A stretch of DNA of 64,000 nt from Phoronis australis. Taxonomy: Eukaryota; Animalia; Phoronida. Below the pieces are notes generated by a model that made no database searches, had not been told where the DNA came from, and worked only from the letters and a program-made list of their open reading frames with translations. The stretch is taken from positions 1,866,516 to 1,930,515 of the forward strand of contig NMRA01000010.1 in the NCBI GenBank assembly GCA_002633005.1, written 5' to 3'. Shown here one piece after another: positions 14,406 to 26,803 of this stretch. Within the stretch, counting starts at the first letter, position 1; every line of letters starts with the position of its first letter. Made by a program: the position numbers and the translations under genes.

Positions 14406-15129
14406 TTACCACTTCTGTTTCATTACATATCCGAAAAATAGTACCACCTTAGCTTGAATGGCGTCAAAAATTTTTCACTTCCCTGTTGTTGTAGCAACAT
14501 TTCCATAAATGCATAGAGCAACTTGTTGCATGATTCATTGTATTTTGACCACAGATAACGTCTATGCACTGAGCAACCCCGCGGGGGAGACAAGGGGGTG
14601 CCTGGACGTCTGAAGGATGTCCAGGGATGCCAGGCAGTGAATCATGCATAAGACAGCTAGACCTCGGAGCGTTGCCTGTTGGACAAAATAAACCTGCACT
14701 GTACTATAGAATATAAATCTAACTTTAGAATAGTTCCACCTACATGTATTGTTTGCTGCTGCCACGTAGGGTCCAGTCTGAGTACGAGAGGTGCATTTAT
14801 AGTCCAAAAAAATATTTCAAGAGCTGTCTAAATGACTCACTGGGAGCGATGCTATAAAATTTCAATTTGGTGTGATGGGGGGTGGTCTAACCAAGTTGAC
14901 CAACACCAATAATGGACAAGGTCTTTAAAGATGAGCAAACTATGGTAACTTCCTGTGTTTAAATAATTTTGTGTTAATAACTGTGTGATACCATGACCTC
15001 ATGAAGCTCTTCCGTATTGTACCTCACATAAAATTACAAAACTACCAACGACTAGACCTATGTTGCATCAAATGCATGTTAAGTTAAATACAATATTTTT
15101 TTCAAAACAATCAAATTATGAGATAAAAA

Positions 15130-18100
15130 TCAAACTTGCTTTTCAACTTCGAATGTAACTAAAGGTGACAAAAAGAAATTAAAAACAAAACCAAAACTTT
15201 GCACCAGTCTTTTACTCAATGGAACTCGACGGTCGTCATCAAAGATCCTTTGACGTTTGGAATCGGGTCCCACATCAGTTTGTCTACAATTTGTGCACAT
15301 CATTCGGTAGACACGAATTGTGGGCGATGACGTTCCCAAGCCACTTTGAAGTCTTCCAATAAACTTCAGTCGACTTCCCGGTCGAAGAAACAAGCATAAT
15401 TCTTTAAAGTGATTACCAGCTTGCAGCTCAATTGTGTGATCAGAATTACCCACCCGCACTTTAATGGAAAAGCGGTAATAATTGAAGTTGTCCACGTGAC
15501 ATTTGCTCGAATAAAAGTTTACATATTTACAAAAGGGGTCGTCTCTTTGAAAGGTGTCGCTGGAATTCGTCTTGGTGACGAAGTCGTCGTCATCGGCGTC
15601 ATTGGGGTCATCGTCGCGGTCATCGGGGTCATCATCGCGGTCATCTAAGCTGTCATCATACCCTTTTTGTTTCTTCCACTTGCGAAAAAATTTGTGATTC
15701 TCAGACGAGTTTGAACAGTGTTTGAAAGGTTCTCCGTAAACACACTTTAATTGCTCACTCATCATGGCAGGCAGTACGTCCAGCACATTCAAAACAAAGT
15801 TGTCAATAGAACTAACTTCGACATCTGCTACAGTGGCCTGCCATTTTACCACAGTCCCTTCTAGATGTTTACAACGCATTTGAAGCTGCGCCGAGTTTGC
15901 TCTCTGCAGCGCTCTTTTGCCACAAAATGTGTCATAACTTTTCCACGAAAGTCTCAATGCGTTTCGATCTAGCATACTTTCGTCCTGAAGCACAGACAGG
16001 CTTGAAATGACAAACGCACCACCAATGGCAAATAGTAAAAGCGCTTTGTACTTCCTTTGCAAGTTTTGCATTCGTTTGTCCGACCTATACCACATCGTGA
16101 GCAAAACCGGAACCACGATCAGCGCGATAGTGGTCACACCTTTCAAGAGCGTTGTCCAACTGAACAGCTTAACAAGCACAACAACTGCTGCACCGACTAT
16201 CAATATACTTGTCACCGGAAACAATACCAAAGCGATTGCATACCCAGCCGTTGCTCGGAGAAGGCCAAGCCATCTTGAATAGCAGAAGAACATGACGCAT
16301 GCGTGCCACCACGAGAGTGCAAAAAGATGAGGAATGAGTACAACGTGAAGACCACGACCCGACTTGTGACGTGCCATTCGAAAGAATACAAAAGGAATAA
16401 TGACGTAAGCTACAGCTGGAATACTCACATTGATGACGAATCCCGGAATTAACGCAAGTGTGAACAGAGGCTTTGTAAATATAGCTACCACGTGATACAG
16501 CAAGGGAATAGAAGGAAAGTTATTAAAAATATGCGGGAGAGATATTAAGAAATTCAGCAATATCGAAACGACCATTGTAAAGTCAAAATATTCTAGACTC
16601 GAAAGAACGAACCCAAAGACGACGCATACGGACAAGACAGCACACTCTGGACACGCAATGTAGGATGAATTGGATAAAGAAAAGGCAGTTATGGTTAATA
16701 TGAACGACAAAATATACGTCCATAAAATTGGGGCGATGATTTTCTTTGTTTTCTTGTCCTCTTCCACGTTTGCGTCAACTTCGCGATCGAAATGTTTCAG
16801 GATGTTCGCCCACTGTTTAAGAGATCGTATCTTCTGCTTCCCATACAACACCTGCAAGCTTGTGATCAGCATAGCGACGAAAGAACCATAGAAGAAAAGC
16901 AGAGGAAGAGCGAACAGTAGCCCATCAAGCGAGATCACACTGTAGAAACAAAACGCTATCATCACTTGAATTTGGTGGTAAGGGATAAACGTGCGTAACC
17001 ACCGAGTACCCCTGAAAGCTGCACCTTCGAGCAGTTGTACTCCAACGACCTCGGCGGTCTTTAGAGGATATTTCACCATCTGAAAAAAGGACAACAACAA
17101 CATCACTTGGTTTCTTTCGGTTCTCTACTGGTCTCAACCTTTTTATCTGTTGAAGCGTTTCATTATGTTCTGAACTATGCACTAAGCGTCTGTTATGACA
17201 ACATGAATGGCTCAAAAGTTGTACTTGTATTCCGAAATGATAGCACACAGGAGTCCTATACAAGGAAACAATGTAACATAGCAACTCCGCAGACAAAATT
17301 ATGCAATTAATCCTGAATCGCCGAAAATCATAGTTCTCAACTGTGTTCGTAATCAGAGCCTACACATTTCTATTTTACCTTTTCTTGAATTGAAGTTTTT
17401 TCGTACTGTTCTGTGTCAACGTACAACGGCGAACTTGTTTGCATGTGTTTTTTTATAACGCTGACGAATTCCTCTTCCGTTTTTACGTTTTCCTTTTCAA
17501 TCTTCTTAGCTGAAACAAAAGTGTCGAATGTTTTGTTAAAATATCTGTAGTTTAATTAGTTTTTTGGAAAAACAATTTGATTTTTGGTCTTGCAAGAAGA
17601 TGGTCTGGGTTATGTATTGATTGCACCAACTCTTGAAAAGTCTGCAACAGCATAAATAAAGTCTGCAACAGCATAAATAGAGAATCCTACAGGCCTACAC
17701 TCGTCTCAGGTTGATGACATGGGGAAAACCTCTTGGAAATTTCGTCAAAATCCCTCGGCTTCTCACATGAACCGTGAAAATGATCTTTTTGCCTAAAAAC
17801 TCGAGGTGTATAAAACTTTCAACTGCAAGACACAAATTTTCTAAAAACACGCTTGTATAATATAAAGTAACCTCAGTTACTTTTTGTTAATAGTTTTACT
17901 TTAACTTAATAATTGTAAATTGCATTTCGCTTTTGTAACAAACGTTCAAGTTAGAATCTAATAAATATACTGAGAATCTTTTCATTGTACGTAAACCTTT
18001 TTCTCTAATAAACGCAAAATTTCTTGAGTAATTTCGAACACATTATCGAGACAAAGCAACCACATTAATACTTATTTAGGACACGTTACTACCGGGTTAC

Positions 18101-21100
18101 CGAACTCACTTGACCCGATTTTGACCAGCATTTCTTTTCCAGTAATTATCATATCTGATTAGTCATGAGGATTTTAAAAACTCATAACCAATTAGACACT
18201 TTGAGTAATGCAATCTCTGTCTAGGTCATGGTTTTGTGCCTCGTTATGTTACCATAGTGAACATATCTGGAGGTAAGTTTTCCCAGCAAAGTCTGGGCAG
18301 GACTTGAACCCGAGACCTATATTAGCCGCTATTCCACTGTGCGACTGAGCCATACAACTGAAGATGTCCGGCCACCTGAAGCTGATCCCAACCACCTTAT
18401 TGTGAATAAAACGGGATGCTCGTCTGAGGAGAAAACTTGGCACTGACCCAACATTCCCAAAGCGTCCTCCTACACGCTCAAGGAAAAGATAGTAGTAAAT
18501 GGATCGGAAATTCCCAAAGGTACGTCAAAACGCGTTAGTAACGTTTGTTGATTCAGTAGACTTTGTACAGAATTGTCAAGTTTGCTGCAAACATTCGTGA
18601 GTTCACAGTGTCGATTGGTTTCAAAGTACCAATTATACCTTTTACGCAGCTAAAAACGGATTTGTGGTCCACCAAACGTACCGAGCCTTTTCACCATTTG
18701 CTCCTCGCTGGCGTCAAGCTTCACGTTTGTCTTTATAACGTCCAATAATTCGTCTTTAGTGACCGTGGGTTTTTCTGGTGTTAGCTTCACCTGTTGAAAC
18801 AACTTCTTCGCCGCCTTCTTCTTAACATGCTTGTGAAATGTTTTTGTTCCAAAATATTCGTGAACCAAGGTCTCCTGTTTTGGAGAAATGCCTGTGAAAA
18901 CCGTACATGACAGTTCTAGAGAAGAAAATCAACAGGTTGCGATGAGATTTATTTTTTACAGAATTTATTTATTTTGAGGAAACCAAATAGGATAGTTCAT
19001 GCGAGTCTCTTTGTGGTCATTTCTGGAACCTTCTGTAATTTTATTAAATTCTTTTCACGTACACAAAACTAAGAAATTCCGCAATTGTTGAATTCACACA
19101 ATTATTTTTCAAATTTCCGGAAAACGACTCGCATAATGGGCTCTACTGGCACTATGTTTGGTGCTGGGGTTCTCTTCAAATCTTGCCATATTACAGGGAT
19201 GTCTAGTAAGTTTCATTTCCTATGATCAGAAAATATCTTGCCTCATTTCTGAAGAAATTGAAGATGCGAATGAGGATAACGCGTAACACGTGCGTCACTA
19301 ACAGCAGCGAAAATCATAATTCAGGTTTCAAGAGTAAGCCTATGATATCACGTTCGACAAATTAACTGAATACGCAGACTTACTTGTACAGAGTATCGAT
19401 AGGCTTATCTAAGAGGTCTGCGTCAGAAATCCCCCCTACACTGTAAATTAAAAGTACATGTACGTCCTGTCTCCGCGTGCGTCACGAAATGTTCACTAAC
19501 AGCAGCGAAAATCATAATTCAGGTTTCGAGAGTAAGCCTATGATATCACGTTCGACAAATTAACTGAATACGTAGACTTACTTGCACAGAGTATCGATAG
19601 GCTTATCTACGAGGCCTGCGTCAGAAATCCCCCCTACACTGTAAATTAAAAGTACGTCTTGACTCCGCCTTCGCGGAAGCTTTATCGAAAGGCAGACCGT
19701 GTAAAAGGGCACAGTCAAATGGGTCGTGCTTGTTTTCGCAGTGACGGTAGGGATTGGATATGTCCGCAACTTTGGGAAAGTGGTTGGTAACGGCCTTCAG
19801 GTGAATGAAGGGAGGCCGTTGGTGACAACGAGGACGTAGGGGCTGGTGACAACTGAACGACGGAAACGTAAAGCCCAGGTCCAAAACTTCACCCCTACCC
19901 CCTTTCATCAGACACTTACGAGCAAGTGCAAAACCATACTTTTCATGAAAACCCATATCAATTTTTATGTTCGGCACCTGGACAAGACGAACATAGTTCA
20001 TTGAAAAGCTCGTTTCCAGAGATGAAAAGTAGACGGAAAGCTGGCATGAATAGGTCATTTACTAAGACTAGAATAGTGGTACAATACAACAAAATGTTTG
20101 GGAATAGATAAAGTAAATAAAATAATATCATCTCTGCAAGTATGGGCGATAAAAAACGAGAGGGAGGAGTATAAGAGTATTTGCTAGGCTACTACAGAAA
20201 GACTGCCAGTTCGATACCCAATCTTAACTCGATCAAGCACCGTATTAGAGGGGGAGGTGCGTTTGCCCAAATGGTGAAGCAATTGCCATGTGCTAGCTCA
20301 GCCGAGTACCGTGGCGGAAAAACGTAAATAACAAAATAATAACATGGAGCATTGACAGAAGTGGGCTGATAATGGGGTGGACTATACACTAAATAAAATA
20401 GGTATGTAATAACGGGGAAATGATCCTGAGCAAAGGTTAGATATAACTATATGGATGTACAGGTATTTTTGTCGATGTGAATTGAATCGAAAGAGGGGAG
20501 AAATCAACGGGTCTTCTTCTATTTCGAAATTTAACAAACAAGGCCCCCTGAAAAGACAGTTCCCATGTTGGATCCAAAAGTTGAAAATAAGAGTGGACAA
20601 ATAGTCTGTCTCAAAACTAATTTGAAGCTGCTATGAATCTGGGTTCCGACGTCAAAGAAACGAACTGTTAATTTAGACTATTTCCGGTCGCTATAAAACT
20701 CACTTCAACCTATTCCATACTCAAATGAGAAGTAGGTTCTGGGCATGGAAAGAAGAACTGACAATGCGTTGTTGCTCAGCGCCTTAAAGTAACCTGCAGA
20801 GTCTAGCCACAACCAATGACGAACCGACAAATCTTACCAAGCCAATTAATTAGCACTAAAATGCAAGAACGATACTTGAGACCAATTTCATACCGGTGAG
20901 TGGTCTTAATCAACAGTTAGTTTTCGTAACGAAAGACAGTATTTGACTTGCACAAAAACAGTATTACGTTGATAACTAAATTTGACCACACGATCGGCAC
21001 GTACTATACCTCCTTGCGCCGTTGCCAGTTTATATTAGCTTGCGTATCAACACAGCCAGCTTCTCCTCAACTCACCAATCTTTTCATCCAAACACGAGCG

Positions 21101-21376
21101 CAGGAGCTCACTCGCTTCAACACTTCCGTTTTTTGCAGCCTCCAGCAACCATCTCACCGCTTTGCCGGCGTCGGACACTTCTTTCGTTTCGCTCTCATCT
21201 CCGTTGTCATTCTCTTCATTTTTGTAATCATCGTCCCCAGCATTGTCACGCGTTGCTTCGGCCGCTCGCTTGACTAATTTGAAGTATTGCCTTCCAAGGA
21301 ATAGTTGGTGCTCAACCGACCCCTTCTCGGCGAGTTTTTCACACAGCTCCAGGAATTCTTGTCCGTCGTCGGCCAT
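15130..21376 (-). CDS. WFS1: Wolframin (ER multi-pass membrane glycoprotein), complete, 4 exons, about 863 aa
   Basis: Exons: 21376-21076, 18891-18682, 17509-17379, 17079-15130, with phases 1, 1, 0. The N-terminus has Sel1-like repeats (AEKGSVEHQLFLGRQY; AVRWLLEAAKNG). These are followed by MVKYPL...FIPYHQIQ, multiple transmembrane helices, and lumenal motifs LSWKSYDTFC, AQLQMRCKHLEGTVVKWQ, LKCVYGE, CHVDNFNYYRFSIKV, ending in FVFNFFLSPL, all typical of wolframin. Confidence 0.9.
18240..18440 (-). mobile_element. tRNA-related SINE-like repeat; diverged second copy at about 7810-7990
   Basis: Minus-strand A-box-like TGGCTCAGTCG and B-box GGTTCAAGTCC. GTTTTCCCAGCAAAGT, ACCCGAGA, AACTGAAG and TCTGAGGAGAA are shared with 7840-7985. 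Confidence 0.55.
19295..19655. repeat. Near-tandem duplication of about 163 bp (period 198) in WFS1 intron 1
   Basis: 19295-19457 versus 19493-19655, differing by only a few substitutions. Confidence 0.9.
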
Positions 21377-21723
21377 ATTTAGGCTACAATTGGAAAGTGG
21401 AGCGCACAGACCCTACAGACGACGTGAGATTGTGGCGATTAAGTGCATTATTGGGGTTATCAAGTGCATTATTGTGGTTATCAAGAGTACATACACACTG
21501 GCAAAACTATTGCTCATACAAAATCAGAAAGTTATCAGGTCTATTATGCGGTAGCATTAATATTTATCGGTACTCATTGGAGTTTAGTCTCTGGTTTCAA
21601 AGTATGTATAAATTTGATAACGCGCAAGAATATGTGCATAATTTACGCAGCAGTACATGAAGTAACGGTGAAGTTTCTGTTCATAGCTGTTTTAATGATT
21701 TTTGAAACACAGTATATTTATTA

Positions 21724-22156
21724 CCGGGATTTTCCGTAGATAAGCCCGTGGACGTGTATTCGGAAAATGAAAATTGCAGTAACACCAAATGAACGCCAAG
21801 CGATTATTCGGAAAGGGGGGATGTAAACGCAAAATCGTAGCCTGGATGATATGAGAATGTCAGCGATTTTTTGCATAAAACTGTGCTTTTTAATTTTAAG
21901 TTAATAAATACATAGTTTGGCAACACTTTGTTCGTTTTCATAAATGATAAATGCTCCACAAAACTGAAATTGTGGCTAAAAGTTGACGCTGAGTGGGCTT
22001 TTAAGAGGAAAATTTCCGAATGAAATCCCCAATCTCTAGACATTTGACACCAGAAGTTGTAACACCAAATAAACAATCATGGGCGTTTATGCGGCGCAAC
22101 TTTCCGAATAAACGCTCAAGGGCGTTTCATCTGGGCTTATCTACGGAAAATCCCGG
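21724..22156. mobile_element. Tc1/mariner-pogo-type MITE with TA TSD
   Basis: Perfect TIR TA|CCGGGATTTTCCGTAGATAAGCCC ... GGGCTTATCTACGGAAAATCCCGG|TA. Confidence 0.85.
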
Positions 22157-22461
22157 TAAAAACTGCACTTCGCCTGGATCAGCGGGATACAAAAACGAAA
22201 ATCGAATATTGCGCCTTTTACTTTCATGAAAACTGTCTCATAATAGCATGGTCCTTGCCGTTATAGGATTCTATTTCCGTAACCGCAAAGAACATTGAAA
22301 CCACCAGCGAATCAAGAAAACACTTTAGACTTTAATGGGGTTGGCCAATACTAAAGTTGCTACTTTGAAAATAGCGCATGCGCATTGCCCATGACTTGAG
22401 TTGGTAACGGAAACAGAATCCAATCGATCACGGTAAGGGATATTTTAGGGCCAATTTTATG

Positions 22462-22709
22462 CATGCGCGCACCTGGGAGGGGGGGGGGAGCTCGTTCCCC
22501 ATTTGGCGAAGTGGACAAAAAAGTCCACCTCAAAGAAACAAAAACTTCGAAAAAAGTAGAAAACGAGAAAAACGTCAACTAAAAAGGCAGAAACTATCAA
22601 AATTCGGCGAATACACAATAGCTCTGAACGTACCCCGTACTGAATCTTAGTAAAAGGTCCATATATTCAAATATTCGAGCAACCCACTTTTAGGCTGGGT
22701 GCGCGCATG
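22462..22709. mobile_element. MITE family A copy
   Basis: TIR CATGCGCGCACC ... GGTGCGCGCATG; 5-bp TSD TTATG. Confidence 0.85.
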
Positions 22710-22838
22710 TTATGAGAATGCACGAGGCTTAACTTGGTTTTTGTTCTTAGCCAGCTAAACAGGACGAAAGGAAGACTTAAACATGACGTAAAATGAACCC
22801 GGGTGAACGGAAAATTAAAAGCGTTTGTGTTGGTAACT

Positions 22839-23698
22839 CAGGTTGTTCCATCGAAACAGGAACCCAGGTGTAAAGCAGATATCCCAAACCTTCAAAACAG
22901 ATATAAATCAGCCCGAAAATCACGAATTTCGAACTTTAAAGCAGGAAACCTAGGATCGGACAGGACACCCGGGGACTGACCAAAACAACACTCCCGCACT
23001 TTCTGTCAAACATTGTTTGATGAGAAATAAACTATCGTACTTTAAATAGTTGTTGTGATATGTTGTTTAACTTTATGAGAATTTTAGACAACTCATGACG
23101 GATTGGCGTTCTACGTTACTCTGCTGGTGAAGTTATAGTGCGATCTTTTGCGGCGGGCTTTCAGCGCTACGAAATAGCGCGTCACCTATTGGCTAGTTTC
23201 TTTTTCCCCAATTCTTCAATCAACTGTTCTTCTTCGACGAGGTTGCGTACATGTCACAACAATTTAATCAACAACGGCACTCGAAAGTCGAAATAATTGT
23301 TTTTCATTTTTGAGAAACAAAATAATCTGACAGAGATAACAACGTATTGAGAGTATGATTAAGTTGAAATTCACCCACAGACAAGTTGCACGTGTTTTAC
23401 CTATAAAAATCAAAAAACAAAGTCAATATAAAATAAGATACGTTTTATTATTGACAATTTTTACCAAACAGATGCACAAAACAACTAGAAACTCAAAGTT
23501 TGAGGCTACTAACAACGGCCGGGTCTTTGAACATTTGAAAAATTGTCCGGTTTCGATGTCCAATCCCCGGGGTTCCTGTTTCAAAGGTCGGGTTTCCTGT
23601 TTTTCGGGCTGGTTAGCTGTTTCGAAGATGCGGGAGTCTGCTTTCGACTCCATGATATCTGTTTTACACGGGGGTTCCTGTTTCGATGGAACACCCTG
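22839..23698. mobile_element. Non-autonomous DNA element with long inverted ends (CAGGKTGTTCCATCGAAACAGGAACCC)
   Basis: Inverted copies at 22839 (+) and 23698 (-) with AAACAG subrepeats; a third end copy lies at 28072-28270. No clear TSD. Confidence 0.65.
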
Positions 23699-24978
23699 CA
23701 ACTTGAACTTTGAAAGGAAAGTACACTTTTGACCCTCATTCTCGGTATTATAAAAATTATCCGATCCAGAAATGTCGACTTTTCATTTCCTTCTAGTTTC
23801 CTATCGTGAACGAGCACCACTTCCATCCAGCGGGAATGACAACTCGTATTATCTACTTCAATAGATAGAACTGTCTTGACTTTGAGGAACTCGAAATTCA
23901 CTATGTGTCGCAAGTGAAGCAAGGGGACCTTGCCATAAAAATGCCCGCATTCAGGCAAATCACGCGGGTCCCTTATCACACGAACGCCCTCATGCTGATA
24001 AATTACCTTCTGCTCTCTATCTATTCAAACGTTAAAAAGAAGGACTTTTATTGCTGACCACCAGCTCGTGAATATCGAGTCGCTCATTGCGTTAGTTTAT
24101 TATTTGGAATTTTTTAACGAGACGGAATCCCGCCAAGTCACCTCTCCCGGACATCATACACATATCGCAGCGTGACACAATGTTGACCAAGCAGATATAG
24201 TGCCCAACATCGCAGCCTGAGGGTTGCGTTCCACAGCGCAGATTTCCTGCTTGAAAAACGAGACCACTGACTTATCCTTTCGCGAGTTATCGCCATGCTC
24301 TTCCATAGGGAAGCACGTGATTACATAGTTTTTCACGCGAGTGTCTTGCGTAGACTGCCGATCGGTTTATAAAAGTGACAAAATTTCTATTTTTATCTGC
24401 GAAAAAAAATATTTTCTCATGTCAGCAGTCAAACGCTTTGTTGGTGAAGAAAAACCCCACTCGATAATGGTAGCATTTTAACCGTAAAGTGCTGCAGACA
24501 ACGATGAAAATTGTCGATTTGTAACTTATAATCGCAAAAACTCATCAGACATTAGTGGTCAAAGTTAATAACTTTAAGAAGGACATTCAACTACAAACCC
24601 AAAATCTGAATGCGTTTCAAAATCCACAATGTCCCTTTGAAGACATTTTTTCTAATTTAGCTGAAACGAATTTTCACGCAAGTTAATTCAGTCGAAACGT
24701 AAGCCCAAATAATGCTTATTCAATCCAACTCCAAATTGTTTAATCTTTAAAATCAAAATCACTACTCAGCAAATTTGACTTCGTTGGCATTCGATTAATC
24801 CCAATCATAATTCCAATTGATACTCCTTGCCGCTTGAGCGGGCCGTACAGCGACAGTCATTCTTGAATCTTGCCTGTGGTTCAGTGTAAAGATATACAGC
24901 TGAATGTATTCAACTTGAATTGTCAACGACTGGGTCTAACCATATGTGTCCAACTTCCTAACCACAATATCGGGTATG

Positions 24979-25119
24979 CGTTCAGTAGACGCTAGGACCT
25001 ACGCTAGAACCTAGCTAAGACCTTGTCAAAGTCACGTGTTCTCATTTGAAATAAACGGCAATATCTCAAGTAATCTCGCAAAGTCTTGCTTTTTAGCGAG
25101 GTCCTAGCGTTACTGAACG
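24979..25119. mobile_element. Small fold-back MITE
   Basis: CGTTCAGTAGACGCTAGGACCTACGCTA versus TAGCGAGGTCCTAGCGTTACTGAACG. Confidence 0.65.
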
Positions 25120-25953
25120 GGAGGCGGGTATGCTCTACCGGGGAGTCAGTGGGCACATTACAATACCTCGAGGCTCAAGCAAACTTTTCGAAACAGGTGA
25201 AACAGTTACACAGAAAATGCATCCATATGTCGCCACGCATGAGGTTTACCTAGAAGCAAATGTATGACCAAAATAACGTTGTAGGCCTAATTAAGCTATA
25301 AATTCACATCCGAAACACGTAAGTGTCTGGAGGTAAACATGAATCTGTATTCCGGGTTCGCAGCGTTAACAGACATGACAGAAAGTAGAACTGAAAACTA
25401 CCGTGGTTGTCATGTGTTTGCACAGGATTCTGAGACCGGATTATCTGATAGAGAACCTTTATCACTATCTTTCTCAAATTAATCAGAGCGTATTCACACA
25501 CTTCGACGAAATCTGAGTCTTAACTCGTTAACCGGGAGGGGGGGTTGCTACTACAGAAAAGGTAGGCCAGCATCCGGGACGAGCCGATGAGAAGGGGAAT
25601 TTTTCAAGATCAGTTGCCCTGTACGAAAAGATGCTTTTTCTGATAAAATTTCCTACAAAAGGGTGCACTTTAGCCGGGGATTTCGGAAAATCTATTGAAA
25701 GGGGTTCATTTTGCAAATACTCAAAACAAAATCACTGGGAAGGGTTTTCAACACGAGGCCTATACTTTTGGTGCATTATTTTTGACAACAAGGCAGTTTT
25801 ATTTCTTGGCCCTTTCTGACTGAATGGTTTGAAAATTCAGCTGTCCGGCATAGAATCCCAACAAAGAGGATAGGTTTTCGGCATTCACCCCTACAAAGGG
25901 GTTGTTTCTGGAAAAAACAGACATGAAAGGGTGACTTTGATGCCGGGAGGACC

Positions 25954-26093
25954 CATGGGCGGCGTACCATAGGGGGCTGAGGGGCTATAGCCCACACTTT
26001 TTTTCAGTGCTGCGCCGCCCATGGTCTATGGTCGTGCACCACAGGGGAGCTTGGGGCTATATAGCCCCCTTTTTCAAATGCTGCGCCGCCCAT
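25954..26093. mobile_element. MITE family C dimer (CATGGGCGGCG ... CGCCGCCCATG); second dimer at about 27068-27205
   Basis: Two head-to-tail units of about 70 bp with TIRs and a GGGGCT-ATAGCCC internal hairpin; a similar pair occurs at 27068-27205. Confidence 0.65.
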
Positions 26094-26803
26094 CAGTGGT
26101 CCGACCACTTCCACTTTACACCAGTCTAACCCAGTTATTTTCCAACTGCACCTCCCCGTCAAAAATATATAGTCTATAGCACCCGGCCCCTCGAGACTCC
26201 GCTAGTGACGGCAGTCAACAATAGTACCGGTAGTTGCACTGCTCGTGCTTGTGTTGCTGACGAGAGAGCGACGNTGGCATCTGCACCTGAAGCCCACCGT
26301 AAAGTCGACTTTATCACAGTCTGTACCACAAAAATATCAGAGATCTTAAATATGGATGATCTTTTGAAGTCACGCATTGCTGACTGATCATGGTGCCCAA
26401 AACGATCACACGTACTCACCAAAGGAAAACTGGAACATCCAGTTATAAATCAGTTGCTTGCCGCTGAGTTCACCGACCACATCGCTCATCAAAACAAGCG
26501 CATGATTCATTTATAGGCGATTGTAATATATAGGTCATCTAAAAATACGACCGCCAGGTTATTGGCTTTCTGGTCTTACTAAACCCAACATACGGTTTTT
26601 CAAGTCGATACGGTCCGAGTCGTTATGCTTACTAAACAATTAACAACATTTCTGTTCGGGCAAGTCCTCAAGCCTGAATTGACGTCTTCCTACGTCTCAG
26701 TACTTTGAAAATTTACTTGTTGCATTTCATTATATATATTGTCTGGGCCGTCTTTCAGTTTACCTTCTGTACAGTGGGTAATCAGATTGCCGGCCTACTA
26801 GAA

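Noticed and set aside
14560-14654. SECIS element or selenoprotein recoding
   Set aside because: No AUGA-N-AA-N-GA geometry, and neither flanking CDS has an in-frame TGA.
18290-18355. Functional tRNA gene
   Set aside because: Only A- and B-box remnants; no cloverleaf can be formed.
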